From: an uncultured Flavobacteriaceae bacterium
GTDB lineage: Bacteria > Bacteroidota > Bacteroidia > Flavobacteriales > Flavobacteriaceae
Direction of reading: 5' to 3'
DNA: 60,074 nt
NCBI GenBank assembly: GCA_913031185.1
Contig: CAJWDI010000001.1
Coordinates: 1-60,074 of the forward strand
How positions within the stretch are numbered: the first letter of the stretch is position 1; every line of letters begins with the position of its first letter. This document shows positions 10,493 through 21,013 of the stretch, piece by piece. Position numbers and translations under genes: made by a program. The notes under the pieces were generated by a model. It did not search any database, was not told the DNA's origin, and saw only the letters and a program-made list of their open reading frames with translations.

Positions 10493-10535
10493 AGTTGATA
10501 AATTATTTATAATCGTTATAAATAATTTATCAACT
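10493..10535. promoter_or_regulatory. Perfect 20-bp inverted repeat upstream of katG, candidate peroxide-regulator operator
   Basis: AGTTGATAAATTATTTATAA-TCG-TTATAAATAATTTATCAACT. The core TTATAATCGTTATAA differs from the PerR box TTATAATNATTATAA at one position. Confidence 0.6.
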
Positions 10536-12004
10536 CAGGCCGCTCTTAACTGTTTAATCTTTAGCGATAATCCTGCAACCAATAAGGTCATAAAAGGACT
10601 GATCCAGTTAAAAAATGCATACATAAAATAGTCTGCCACATGTACGCCTAAAACACTACTTTGAAATGCGCCGCAAGTATTCCAGGGCACCAATACAGAG
10701 GTTACAGTTCCAGAGTCTTCTAGTGTTCGGCTTAAATTTTCGGGTGCGAGCCCTTTATCTTCGTAAGCTTTTTTAAACATTTTCCCTGGCACTACCAAGG
10801 CCAAATATTGATCGGATGCCGTAACGTTTAGCGCCAGGCAGCTGGCAACAGTACTAGCAAACAAACCAAAGGTCGAGGAGGCCAAAGTCAAAAGTACTTT
10901 ACTAATTTTAGACAAAGCTCCGATTGCATCCATAACACCTCCAAAAACCATGGCACAAATGATCAGCCAAATTGTATCCATCATGCCCTTCATTCCACCT
11001 GATGAAAATAAATCGTTTAGTTCAGCACTTGAGGTTTCAACAGCCGTATCAACAGTGATGGATTGCATGATTCCTTTGTAGGCGGTTTCAAAATTAAAGG
11101 TCTCAGACTCCGCAATTGACATCAATATTTGAGGTTGCGCTAAGATTGATGCAAGGGCTGCTAATAAAGTTCCTGTTAACAAAGCTACTAAGGGCGGCGT
11201 TTTCTTTACAATCAAAACAACTACCATAATTGGGACAAGAAGTAACCATGGTGAAATATTAAAAGCTTGATCAATCGCTTCCAATTTATTAAAAATATTT
11301 GGTGTGCCATTGATCTCGATGTTTAACCCAATAATTAAAAACAGAAAAAGTGTGATAACAAAAGTTGGTACAGTTGTAATGGCCATGTATTTTATATGGT
11401 CAAACAGTTCTGCGCCTGCCATTGCTGGTGCCAAATTAGTAGTGTCGCTTAAAGGAGACATTTTATCTCCAAAATAAGCCCCTGATAAAACTGCTCCTGC
11501 AGTCATACCTAAAGAAATCCCAAGCGTGTCTCCAATGCCTATGAGGGCAATGCCTACAGTCGCTGAGGTCGTCCAGCTGCTTCCGGTAGCAATTGAAATA
11601 ATGGCACAAATAAGGACTGAGGCTACTAAGAAAAAATTAGGATTCAACAATTGAAGTCCGTAATAAATCATTGTTGGTATAATACCGCTGACAAGCCAAG
11701 TACCAGATAATGCTCCTACCATGAGCAAAATGAGTAATGCCCCAGAAGTTGATTTTAAATTTTCAGAAACTTCTTCAAGCATTTTTTGATATGAGGTTTT
11801 ATTTATAAATCCAACAATGGCAGCGATAGCAGCACCCAATATCAATATAAATTGATTGCTTCCGCTCAATGCATCATCTCCAAAAACAAAAAACACATTG
11901 TAAAACAACATTAATATCAATGCAAATACCGGAACAAGGGCGGTATAAATTGAAAGTTCTTTAGACTCTGATTTTATAGGGTTTTTTGACTCAGCTGGAT
12001 TCAT
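10535..12004 (-). CDS. nhaC: Na+/H+ antiporter NhaC
   Basis: TGSSWTTSATVG, GAYFGDKMSPLSDTTNLA, SRTLEDSGT, LVPWN. ATG 12004 preferred over TTG 12073. Confidence 0.93.
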   Translation of the reverse strand: MNPAESKNPIKSESKELSIYTALVPVFALILMLFYNVFFVFGDDALSGSNQFILILGAAIAAIVGFINKTSYQKMLEEVSENLKSTSGALLILLMVGALSGTWLVSGIIPTMIYYGLQLLNPNFFLVASVLICAIISIATGSSWTTSATVGIALIGIGDTLGISLGMTAGAVLSGAYFGDKMSPLSDTTNLAPAMAGAELFDHIKYMAITTVPTFVITLFLFLIIGLNIEINGTPNIFNKLEAIDQAFNISPWLLLVPIMVVVLIVKKTPPLVALLTGTLLAALASILAQPQILMSIAESETFNFETAYKGIMQSITVDTAVETSSAELNDLFSSGGMKGMMDTIWLIICAMVFGGVMDAIGALSKISKVLLTLASSTFGLFASTVASCLALNVTASDQYLALVVPGKMFKKAYEDKGLAPENLSRTLEDSGTVTSVLVPWNTCGAFQSSVLGVHVADYFMYAFFNWISPFMTLLVAGLSLKIKQLRAA

Positions 12005-12093
12005 GATAATGCTTTTACAGGGTTGTTTTTGAGATTTTACTGTAATATTACAATAATTCAAATCGCTATACAAGCGCAGGTAGACTGAGAATA

Positions 12094-14505
12094 TTACCTC
12101 AACTTGGGGTAGTCCGTAGGATTAGACTCATGTAAAATACCATATGCTTTTTCAAAAATATCGTTTTTAGAAGGCTTACTAAAGTAATCACCGTCAGAGC
12201 CATAAGCAGGTCGGTGTGCTTGTGCAGTAAGCAGTTGAGGGGCACTGTCAAAATTCTCGTAGGCCCCCTTTTGTTTTAGTATCTCTGTCAAAATATAGGC
12301 AGAGGCACCTCCAGGCACATCCTCATCAACGATAAGTAGTCGGTTTGTTTTTTGAATACTTTTTAAAATATCTTGGTTTCTATCAAATGGAATTAAGGAC
12401 TGAACGTCAATTACCTCTACATCAATGTCAACTTCTAAAAGTTCACGTGCAGCTTGTTCTGCCAAACGCAATGTTGAACCATATGAAACCAAGGTTAAAT
12501 CCCTTCCTGCTTTGACAATTTCAACAATGCCAATGGGTGTTTTAAATTCCCCCATATTATCGGGTTTCTTTTCTTTTAAGCGATATCCATTCAAGCATTC
12601 CACCACTAAAGCAGTTTGGTCACTTTCCAAAAGAGTATTGTAAAACCCCGCAGCCTTGGTCATATTTCTAGGGACTAGTACATGAACTCCTCTTATAAGA
12701 TTTAAAATACCCCCCATTTGAGAACCAGAATGCCAAATTCCTTCTAACCTGTGACCACGTGTACGTATGATCATCGGCGCTTTTTGTTTTCCCAATGTTC
12801 TGTAATGTAAGGTGGCCAAATCATCACTAATAATTTGTAGAGCGTACATCAAATAATCCAAATATTGAATTTCTGCAATGGGGCGAAGACCTCGCATAGC
12901 CATACCAATCCCTTGTCCAATAATGGTTGCCTCTCGTATGCCTGCGTCGGCAATTCGAGTGCTACCATATTTTTCTTGCAGTCCTTCCAAACCTTGATTG
13001 ACATCTCCAATGGCGCCAGAGTCTTGTCCAAAGATTAGTGCTTCTGGATATTTTGAAAAGATTTGATTAAAATTATCCCTAATTATGATGCGACCGTCAA
13101 CAAACTCTGAGGGGTCAGAGTATGTTGGCGGTAAGGTTTTAATATTTTCTGCACGTTGGTCAGATTCACTGTATAGAAGCGTACTAAATTTTGATTGTCC
13201 CAAATTAGTGTAATCATTGATCCAATGGATTAATTGAGCTTTTTCACTGGTATTGTCGTGAATTAAGTACTTTAGAACATCTCTGGAAACACCAAGAATA
13301 TCTTTTTTTATGGGTTCCTTTATCGCTTCTAATTTCGCGATTTCTTTATCTACAAATGATTTTTGAGAAGAAACTTTTGCTGCAGCATGCATCAAAGCGA
13401 TTACAGCACGGGCATCTGTTTTTATCGGATTGATGAAATCATTCCAAGCTTTGATTTTGCCTGCTTTTACCTCTAATTTTATATTTTTTTCAAGATTAAA
13501 GAGTTCATCTTCAGTTGCAATATTGCTATTGATTATCCATTCCCTGAACTTTAAATTACAATCATTATTTTTTTCCCACTGCAGACGTTCTGTATTTTTG
13601 TAACGTTCATGGGATCCAGAAGTTGAATGTCCTTGGGGTTGCGTTAGCTCTTCAACATGTATCAAAACCGGAACGTGCTCAAGTCGCGCAATCTGACCGG
13701 CTTTTTCATAACAGTTTATGAGCGCGGGGTAGTCCCATCCTTTGACATTTAAAATTTCATAACCAGCATCTTCATCATCGCGTTGAAAGCCACTTAAAAC
13801 TTTAGAAATATTTTCTTTGGTTGTTTGGTGTTTGGCATGAACTGAAATCCCATAATCGTCGTCCCATACACTAATTACCATTGGTACTTGTAGCACACCA
13901 GCAGCATTGATCGTTTCAAAGAAAATACCTTCACTTGTACTGGCGTTTCCAATAGTACCCCAAGCAACTTCGCTGCCTTCACTGGAGAATTTTGAAGCAT
14001 CAAAGCCATCTAGATTTTTATAAACTTTTGAAGCTTGCGCTAAACCTAGAAGCCGGGGCATTTGTGCGGCTGTAGGGGAGATATCTGAACTTGAATTCTT
14101 TTGTTTAGTTAAATCTTTCCACTTGAAATTTTCATCCAAGGAATGCGTTACAAAATGTCCTCCCATCTGTCGACCTGCACTCATAGGGTCGAAATTGATA
14201 TCCGTATGGGCGTATAGGCCAGCAAAAAATTGTTCTATACTCAATTCTCCAATGGCCATCATAAACGTCTGATCTCTGTAATATCCAGATCTGAAATCAC
14301 CATTTTTAAAAGTTTTGGCCCAAGCGATTTGAGGAAGCTCTTTGCCACCACCAAAAATTCCGAATTTTGCTTTACCAGTGAGGACTTCACGTCTACCAAG
14401 AAGGCTGCATTCTCGACTGGTAACCGCAATTTTATAGTCGTTAAGAATTTCAACTTTGAATTCTTCAAAAGTGATATTTTCAGCTAAACTACCTTTGGCA
14501 GTCAT
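12094..14505 (-). CDS. Fused 2-oxoacid (probably branched-chain) dehydrogenase E1 alpha/beta subunit, TPP-dependent
   Basis: GYYRDQT, GRQMGGHF, GTIGNASTSEG, GHSTSG, GIREATIIG, RPIAEIQYLDY. The -7 box at 14523-14530 supports ATG 14505. Confidence 0.88.
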   Translation of the reverse strand: MTAKGSLAENITFEEFKVEILNDYKIAVTSRECSLLGRREVLTGKAKFGIFGGGKELPQIAWAKTFKNGDFRSGYYRDQTFMMAIGELSIEQFFAGLYAHTDINFDPMSAGRQMGGHFVTHSLDENFKWKDLTKQKNSSSDISPTAAQMPRLLGLAQASKVYKNLDGFDASKFSSEGSEVAWGTIGNASTSEGIFFETINAAGVLQVPMVISVWDDDYGISVHAKHQTTKENISKVLSGFQRDDEDAGYEILNVKGWDYPALINCYEKAGQIARLEHVPVLIHVEELTQPQGHSTSGSHERYKNTERLQWEKNNDCNLKFREWIINSNIATEDELFNLEKNIKLEVKAGKIKAWNDFINPIKTDARAVIALMHAAAKVSSQKSFVDKEIAKLEAIKEPIKKDILGVSRDVLKYLIHDNTSEKAQLIHWINDYTNLGQSKFSTLLYSESDQRAENIKTLPPTYSDPSEFVDGRIIIRDNFNQIFSKYPEALIFGQDSGAIGDVNQGLEGLQEKYGSTRIADAGIREATIIGQGIGMAMRGLRPIAEIQYLDYLMYALQIISDDLATLHYRTLGKQKAPMIIRTRGHRLEGIWHSGSQMGGILNLIRGVHVLVPRNMTKAAGFYNTLLESDQTALVVECLNGYRLKEKKPDNMGEFKTPIGIVEIVKAGRDLTLVSYGSTLRLAEQAARELLEVDIDVEVIDVQSLIPFDRNQDILKSIQKTNRLLIVDEDVPGGASAYILTEILKQKGAYENFDSAPQLLTAQAHRPAYGSDGDYFSKPSKNDIFEKAYGILHESNPTDYPKLR

Positions 14506-14612
14506 TTGATTAAATTTTTTTGCAAAGATAGGGATTAAAAGCCGCTTGGACAACGCCTGTGAAAGTCCCTTGAATTAGCTGTTTCCAAAAAAGTAGAAAT
14601 GCATTATTTTTT

Positions 14613-17429
14613 TTAAAACCATTTTCGGGTAAATAAGCCAGCAAGTTTTGAAATATCTGTTGTAATAACAAAACGAATTTTTTCAGAATAGTTGGCTTGG
14701 CTTATTTCCCATCCAAGATTAGAATACACTGGAAAATACAATTCAAAATAATCGAGAATTAAATCCAGTCTGATTCCAGAGTCGTAACCAAAAAATGGTT
14801 TGTTCCCTTTATTTTTGATAAAACCAACATCACCATAGGCTTGAATGTAACGCCAAATGGAAGCACTTGCATTTAATGTTGTAATCCATTGGTTGGCATA
14901 AGCGGGATTTAGTTTGGACTTAAAACCACCTTCTGCCACCACCAGTTGTTGTGTTAATATTCCTGAGTCTTCGGATTGACCTAAGTAATTGTATTCAAAT
15001 AGATAGTTTTCAGGACGGTCTAATGCATAGTTAAAATTCGTTTCAGTTTCTGGAAGCGTATTGTATAAAAAGGCACCAGCGAATAACCTGAAATTGTAGT
15101 GTCTGTCGCTGGGAGTTCGTTTTCGGACTTCATAATTAAAATTAATTTTTCCAAAATTATCAGAGAATTGTAAACCGACATACCATTTTTTAAAATCCGC
15201 AATATTATTATCTAAACTTAGGTATCTGACATTAAAGACCTGATAGGGGGGGATCGTATTGTCATCTAAAGGATTTCTAGATTCATCTTTCTGTATATTG
15301 ATGTAACGCAATTGTAAACGGTTGAGTGAATTGGAACGTAAATCATCTTGTGGTCGAAATGTGAATTGGGCAAAGGGTTGAATTTTTGTAATAAAAGCCC
15401 CATAGTCAAAACTCGCCCGATCCATGGTTAGGCCAAGCATGGTTTTAAATAATTCGCTATCCTCATGGAATTTATTAAAAATCACTTTTGCACTTCCTGT
15501 AATGGTTTTTGATTTTAAACCATAGGTTGGAGCAATTGCAAATATTACAGGCTTTGCAAGAAGGCCCCGGTTGTTAAAGTTGAGCCCCAATTTAACACCA
15601 TCATAAATGTTTTGAAACTCAAAAAGTGGCATGATATTTAACTGGTAGTTGTTTGGGTTTTGGTAATCTCTTAGGAAACGTAACTGTAAGGGCTTGTTTA
15701 AGACATAGGACCCAAAAGATTTCCAATTGTTATTGCGGTTAAATTCTGGACTTTCGTGTTTGTAGTTCAAGACCAATTGATTAGACGTTGAATCTGCCAA
15801 TACAAGAGTTTTTTCTCCTTCAAATCCTTCAATCCATTGCGACTTTGTTAAACTACCATTTTCTAGGGACGAAAGGGTTATAGGATAGGCTCCTTTTTTC
15901 AAATTCCTTATCGTTAACCTTAAAGAGTCATTTTCGGTTTCAACAGATTTGATTTTATAATCTGATGCAAAAGATTCCTTTGTAAATTTATCAAAGAACC
16001 ATTCTAAATCTTTAGATGTTTTTGATTTGATATACAATTCAAAATCAGCAGTTGAGGTTAGATTGCCATTGTGAATTTTTATGAATTCTTGAATCCAGAG
16101 GATTTCATTGTCTGCTTTTATATAGGACTTTAGGTATAATAACGCGATTGCAGCTTTGTAGTAGGATGTAAAACGCTCGTTGAAACTGAGTAGCTTATCT
16201 TTAGGGGTTGTTAAAGCTTGGTCCCGTCCCAAACGCATCATTTGATAAAAAGTGAGACGGAATTGCTCATTGTAATTTAATTTTGCAAAATTATAGCCTT
16301 TTATGCCCCAGATATTAGCCATTTTTCCAATCAGTTTTTGATCTGGATAATAGGTGTCTAAATACTTTATAAATAATAACATTTGAAATCCATTCTTTAG
16401 CCAATAGTCCGTTCTAGGATCGACAACAAAATATTGGTCTAAATGTTTTTTGATAAGGTTTTTCGCAATGGCCAATTCGTATTTAAATTCTTTAGGAAAA
16501 GGAGATAGAAAATCCGGTAATAATGCCAGACCATAAATATCATTTTTTTTTAGATCAATTCTTGACAGAAGGATCTTATCCTTTGTTATTGTTTGCAGGT
16601 TTTGTCTTAAAAATGCATCAACTCTATTTAAAATTTCATGTTCTTTTTGTAAGTCTATTGTTTTATGACTGATATTAGATACAATTTCATTGGAGCCGAA
16701 CCTAAATCGCTTAAAGTCCTCCTTGGTAATGTAAATTTTATGGTCTTTTATGTCTTGGCCACTAAAGTGGTATTGAAAACCCACATTTGATCTTGTGAAC
16801 TCCGACTTATTTAAATCGCTGAAAACATGATAGTTTGGGGGTGTTTGAATTGTTAAATCAACACTTGATTTTGCCGCATATGGGTCGTCAAAATTTAAAT
16901 TGCTGTAGAGTTTCCATTCTACGCCATCAAATACTGCAGGGGTTAAATACCATGTATTTAATATAAAATCTCCATTTTTATTAAAGCCATACCCTGTAAA
17001 ACGATCATTTTGTATTTTTAATATATATTTTAGTTGAATGGAAATTGATTCGTTTTGATCTAAGGGTTGTTCTAATATTATTTTTAAAAAATCCTGTTGG
17101 TCTCTAGGTCGTTCGAATTTGATAGGGTTTCCTTCAGCATCAGTTATTGATACCATTTTAGTTCGACCTCGATCTTTTTCTTTAGCGATATATAGTTGGG
17201 TATTAAATTCGTTTAAGAACTTTTTCACAAGAGGGGTATCACTTGTACTATAGCTAGAAACCCAGTCGTTTAGATAGATGATTTCAATTGAAGTTGATGT
17301 GTTATTTTTGTAAATTATCTGTTGTTCAACTGTAATTTCTCTAGAGATAGGGTCGACCTTAGCATTGACTTTTATCTGATGTTGTGATGTCATGAGTTGA
17401 TGACTTCCTAACAAAAATAAAAGTGTCAA
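14613..17429 (-). CDS. M1 aminopeptidase-like secreted/outer-membrane protein, apparently lacking HEXXH
   Basis: M1-like N-terminal (YKNNT..IYLNDW) and YYKA..L / WFF segments, aromatic beta-rich C-terminal region. No HEXXH found. The start may lie upstream. Confidence 0.65.
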   Translation of the reverse strand: MTLLFLLGSHQLMTSQHQIKVNAKVDPISREITVEQQIIYKNNTSTSIEIIYLNDWVSSYSTSDTPLVKKFLNEFNTQLYIAKEKDRGRTKMVSITDAEGNPIKFERPRDQQDFLKIILEQPLDQNESISIQLKYILKIQNDRFTGYGFNKNGDFILNTWYLTPAVFDGVEWKLYSNLNFDDPYAAKSSVDLTIQTPPNYHVFSDLNKSEFTRSNVGFQYHFSGQDIKDHKIYITKEDFKRFRFGSNEIVSNISHKTIDLQKEHEILNRVDAFLRQNLQTITKDKILLSRIDLKKNDIYGLALLPDFLSPFPKEFKYELAIAKNLIKKHLDQYFVVDPRTDYWLKNGFQMLLFIKYLDTYYPDQKLIGKMANIWGIKGYNFAKLNYNEQFRLTFYQMMRLGRDQALTTPKDKLLSFNERFTSYYKAAIALLYLKSYIKADNEILWIQEFIKIHNGNLTSTADFELYIKSKTSKDLEWFFDKFTKESFASDYKIKSVETENDSLRLTIRNLKKGAYPITLSSLENGSLTKSQWIEGFEGEKTLVLADSTSNQLVLNYKHESPEFNRNNNWKSFGSYVLNKPLQLRFLRDYQNPNNYQLNIMPLFEFQNIYDGVKLGLNFNNRGLLAKPVIFAIAPTYGLKSKTITGSAKVIFNKFHEDSELFKTMLGLTMDRASFDYGAFITKIQPFAQFTFRPQDDLRSNSLNRLQLRYINIQKDESRNPLDDNTIPPYQVFNVRYLSLDNNIADFKKWYVGLQFSDNFGKINFNYEVRKRTPSDRHYNFRLFAGAFLYNTLPETETNFNYALDRPENYLFEYNYLGQSEDSGILTQQLVVAEGGFKSKLNPAYANQWITTLNASASIWRYIQAYGDVGFIKNKGNKPFFGYDSGIRLDLILDYFELYFPVYSNLGWEISQANYSEKIRFVITTDISKLAGLFTRKWF

Positions 17430-17470
17430 TACCTTGACTTGCTTTATTTTCTTAAATATATAAATAATGA

Positions 17471-18157
17471 TTAGAAATTAGGGCTGAGTTGATACTGTTT
17501 ATAGAAATCATCCAAAATTGCAGTTACCTCTTCAGGAGTGTCTACCATCTGAATTAAATCCATATCTTTTGTGCTGATGGTTTGATGTTTATCTAAAAGT
17601 ACTTTTTTAATCCAGTCCATAAGTCCTTCCCAGTAAGTGGTCCCAACCAATATAATGGGGAATTTTTCGATTTTATTGGTTTGAATTAGAGTGATGGCTT
17701 CAAATAATTCATCTAAAGTTCCAAATCCGCCTGGCATGACCACAAAGCCTTGTGAATATTTCACAAACATTACTTTTCGAACAAAAAAGTAGTCAAAGTC
17801 TAAACTTTTGTCGGCATCGATATAAGGGTTGTCTGATTGTTCAAAAGGCAATTCAATATTAAGCCCTACAGAAGTTCCACCTGCTTCACTAGCCCCTTTA
17901 TTGGCCGCCTCCATGATCCCAGGGCCACCGCCGGTAATAACCCCATAACCAGATTTAACAATTGCAGCCGCTGTGTCAACAGCCAATTGATAATATGTAT
18001 TGTCTTTTGGGGTTCTTGCGGATCCAAATATAGAAACACAAGGTCCAATTTTGCTCATTTTTTCGAATCCGTTTACGAACTCTCCCATAATTTTAAATAA
18101 AGCCCAGGAATCGTTGGTTTTTATTTCGTTCCAACTTTTGTTTTGTTGTAATCGCAT
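17471..18157 (-). CDS. LOG family (TIGR00730) nucleotide phosphoribohydrolase
   Basis: SIFGSAR, TGGGPGIMEA, FFVRKVMF, PGGFGTLDE. Confidence 0.93.
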   Translation of the reverse strand: MRLQQNKSWNEIKTNDSWALFKIMGEFVNGFEKMSKIGPCVSIFGSARTPKDNTYYQLAVDTAAAIVKSGYGVITGGGPGIMEAANKGASEAGGTSVGLNIELPFEQSDNPYIDADKSLDFDYFFVRKVMFVKYSQGFVVMPGGFGTLDELFEAITLIQTNKIEKFPIILVGTTYWEGLMDWIKKVLLDKHQTISTKDMDLIQMVDTPEEVTAILDDFYKQYQLSPNF

Positions 18158-18177
18158 AATGATTTATTTATTGTAAT

Positions 18178-21009
18178 CTAAAGTAATTCTTTTTTTAAAT
18201 ATTTGGCCGTGTAACTTAATTTGTTTTTGACAAAAACTTCAGGCTCTCCTTCAGCAATAATTGTGCCACCACCTTGTCCGCCTTCGGGGCCAATATCTAT
18301 AATATAATCAACCGCTTTTATGACATCCATATTGTGTTCAATGATCAAGATTGAATTTCCTTTGTCAACTAGTTTTTTTAAAACTTCTAATAATACACGA
18401 ATGTCTTCAAAATGAAGTCCAGTAGTGGGTTCATCTAAAATATAAATGGTATTGCCCGTATCCCGTTTACTGAGCTCTGAAGCCAGTTTAATCCGCTGGG
18501 CCTCACCACCAGAAAGCGTGGTGCTTTGTTGCCCCAATGTAATATAGCCCAAGCCAACATCTTTGATGGTCTTAAGCTTGCGGTATATTTTTGGTATCTG
18601 ACTAAAAAAATCAACTGCTTCATTTATGGTCATGTTTAAAACATCACTTATTGATTTGCCCTTGTAGCGAATTTCCAACGTTTCACGGTTGAAGCGTTTG
18701 CCCATACAGGTTTCACATGAAACATAAACATCTGGAAGAAAATTCATTTCAATGACGCGCAGGCCACCGCCTTTACAAGTTTCACAACGACCACCAGAGA
18801 CGTTGAAACTAAATCGTCCAGGTTTATAGCCTCGGATCATGGCTTCAGGTATCTTTGCAAATAGGCTTCGGATTTCACTAAATACACCTGTATAGGTCGC
18901 TGGATTGCTGCGAGGTGTTCGGCCAATGGGTGTTTGATTAATGTCGATGACTTTGTCTAAATGTTCTAATCCCTTAATAGATTTATAAGGCAATGGTTTT
19001 TTGACACCATTAAAATAATAATTGTTTAATATTGGATAAAGTGTTTCGTTAATTAATGTCGATTTTCCACTTCCAGAGACCCCTGTAATTCCAACCATTG
19101 TACCCAAAGGGATTTTGATAGAAACATTTTTCAAATTATTACCTGTACAGCCTTTAAGTTCAAGAAATTTACCATTTCCTTTGCGACGCTTTTTAGGAAT
19201 TTTAATGGCCAAATCACCTCTTAAATAAGCACTCGTTAGTGTTTTTGCTTTATGAATTTTGTTTGGGCTACCTTGGCTGATAATCATACCGCCATTTTTA
19301 CCTGCATGTGGCCCAATGTCGATTATGTGGTTGGCTTGCTCAATCATGTCTCTGTCGTGTTCAACAACAATAACAGAATTTCCAACATCTCTCAAACTTT
19401 TTAGTGACTCAATTAACTTTTGATTGTCTCGCTGGTGCAGACCAATACTGGGTTCATCTAAAATATAGAGAACCCCTACAAGTTCAGAACCAATTTGAGT
19501 CGCCAAACGAATACGCTGGGCTTCGCCGCCAGAAAGTGATTTTGAGCTTCTATTGAGACTTAAATAATTTAAACCAACATTCAAGAGAAATTGCAGTCGG
19601 GTCTTGATCTCTTTAATAATTTCTTTGGCTATGGCATTTTGTTTTTTATTGAGATGATTGGGTAGATCCTCAAACCAAGATGCCAACTCACCAATATCCA
19701 TTCTTGCCAGTTGGGTTATATTTTTATCGTTAATTTTAAAATATTGGGCCTCTTTTTTAAGGCGTGTACCCATGCATTTAGGACAGTCTACTTTGTCCAT
19801 ATATTCTTTGGCCCATCGCTTAATGCTTCTGGAGTCGGTTGTTTTGTACTGGTACTCAATAAAGTTAGCAATGCCATCAAAATCAATATTATAATCACGA
19901 GAAACCCCCAAGGTTTTATTTTTGACAGAAAACCGGTCTTTACCACCGTAAAGTATGATTTGCATGGCGGCTTTTGGAATTTTAGAAATGGGATCTGAAA
20001 GTTTGAATTTATAGCGTTGCGCAATCAGTTCTATTTGCTTAAATATCCAAGAATTTTTCTGAGTTCCTTGAGGGGCAAGGCCACCATTTTTAATTGATAA
20101 TTTTGGATTTGGAATGATTTTATTCTCATTGACTTTGTAGAGACTGCCTATGCCGTTACATTCCGGGCATGCGCCTTTGGGAGAATTGAAAGAAAAATTA
20201 TTGGGCTCAGGATTTGCGTAGGAGAGTCCCGAAGTTGGACACATTAAATTACGGCTAAAAAAACGGGGTTTGTCATTTCCCTGAGCCAAAATCATCAACA
20301 CAGCATCTCCTTGATTCATGGCTACTTTAATGCTATTTTCTAAACGTTTTGAATCTAAAGTATTGGTGTCAATTTTTAAACGGTCAATCACCACCTCAAT
20401 GTCATGTATCTTATAGCGATCTAGCCGCATTCCAGGCGTAATATCAATTACTTCACCATCTACACGAACCTTAACAAATCCTTGTTTTGCAATCTGTTCA
20501 AACATTTCACGGTAGTGCCCTTTTCGAGACCGAACGACCGGCGCTAAAATGGATATTTTCTGATTGTTAAAAGCTTCTAGAATCAGTGATTTGATTTGAT
20601 CATCATCATAGCTGATCATTTTTTCATTGGTTTCATAACTGTACGCATCGGCGGCCCTGGCAAATAAAAGCCGCAAAAAGTCGTAAATTTCTGTGATGGT
20701 ACCCACAGTAGAACGCGGAGATTTACTGGTGGTTTTTTGTTCGATTGCAATTACAGGGGAGAGGCCATCAATTTTATCGACATCTGGACGTTCTAAAGAC
20801 CCAAGAAATTGTCTTGCATATGCCGAAAAAGTTTCAATATACCGCCGTTGGCCTTCGGCATAAATGGTGTCAAAGGCCAGTGAGGATTTTCCACTTCCAG
20901 ATAACCCGGTAATGACTACCAATTGGTCTCTTGGAATTTTAACATCAATATCCTTCAGATTATGAACCCTAGCCCCTTTAACTTCTATGTGATTTTCAAA
21001 TTTCTTCAT
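18178..21009 (-). CDS. uvrA: Excinuclease ABC subunit A
   Basis: GARVHNLK, GLSGSGKSS, two LSGGEAQRI signatures, zinc-finger cysteines. The true start is ATG 21009 (MKKFEN). Confidence 0.98.
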   Translation of the reverse strand: MKKFENHIEVKGARVHNLKDIDVKIPRDQLVVITGLSGSGKSSLAFDTIYAEGQRRYIETFSAYARQFLGSLERPDVDKIDGLSPVIAIEQKTTSKSPRSTVGTITEIYDFLRLLFARAADAYSYETNEKMISYDDDQIKSLILEAFNNQKISILAPVVRSRKGHYREMFEQIAKQGFVKVRVDGEVIDITPGMRLDRYKIHDIEVVIDRLKIDTNTLDSKRLENSIKVAMNQGDAVLMILAQGNDKPRFFSRNLMCPTSGLSYANPEPNNFSFNSPKGACPECNGIGSLYKVNENKIIPNPKLSIKNGGLAPQGTQKNSWIFKQIELIAQRYKFKLSDPISKIPKAAMQIILYGGKDRFSVKNKTLGVSRDYNIDFDGIANFIEYQYKTTDSRSIKRWAKEYMDKVDCPKCMGTRLKKEAQYFKINDKNITQLARMDIGELASWFEDLPNHLNKKQNAIAKEIIKEIKTRLQFLLNVGLNYLSLNRSSKSLSGGEAQRIRLATQIGSELVGVLYILDEPSIGLHQRDNQKLIESLKSLRDVGNSVIVVEHDRDMIEQANHIIDIGPHAGKNGGMIISQGSPNKIHKAKTLTSAYLRGDLAIKIPKKRRKGNGKFLELKGCTGNNLKNVSIKIPLGTMVGITGVSGSGKSTLINETLYPILNNYYFNGVKKPLPYKSIKGLEHLDKVIDINQTPIGRTPRSNPATYTGVFSEIRSLFAKIPEAMIRGYKPGRFSFNVSGGRCETCKGGGLRVIEMNFLPDVYVSCETCMGKRFNRETLEIRYKGKSISDVLNMTINEAVDFFSQIPKIYRKLKTIKDVGLGYITLGQQSTTLSGGEAQRIKLASELSKRDTGNTIYILDEPTTGLHFEDIRVLLEVLKKLVDKGNSILIIEHNMDVIKAVDYIIDIGPEGGQGGGTIIAEGEPEVFVKNKLSYTAKYLKKELL

Positions 21010-21013
21010 GGCG

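Noticed and set aside
13855-13960. Non-canonical TPP-binding motif (GNAS...WDD instead of GDG...NN) in the fused E1
   Set aside because: Recalled as the usual form in this Bacteroidota subfamily, so not evidence of inactivation.
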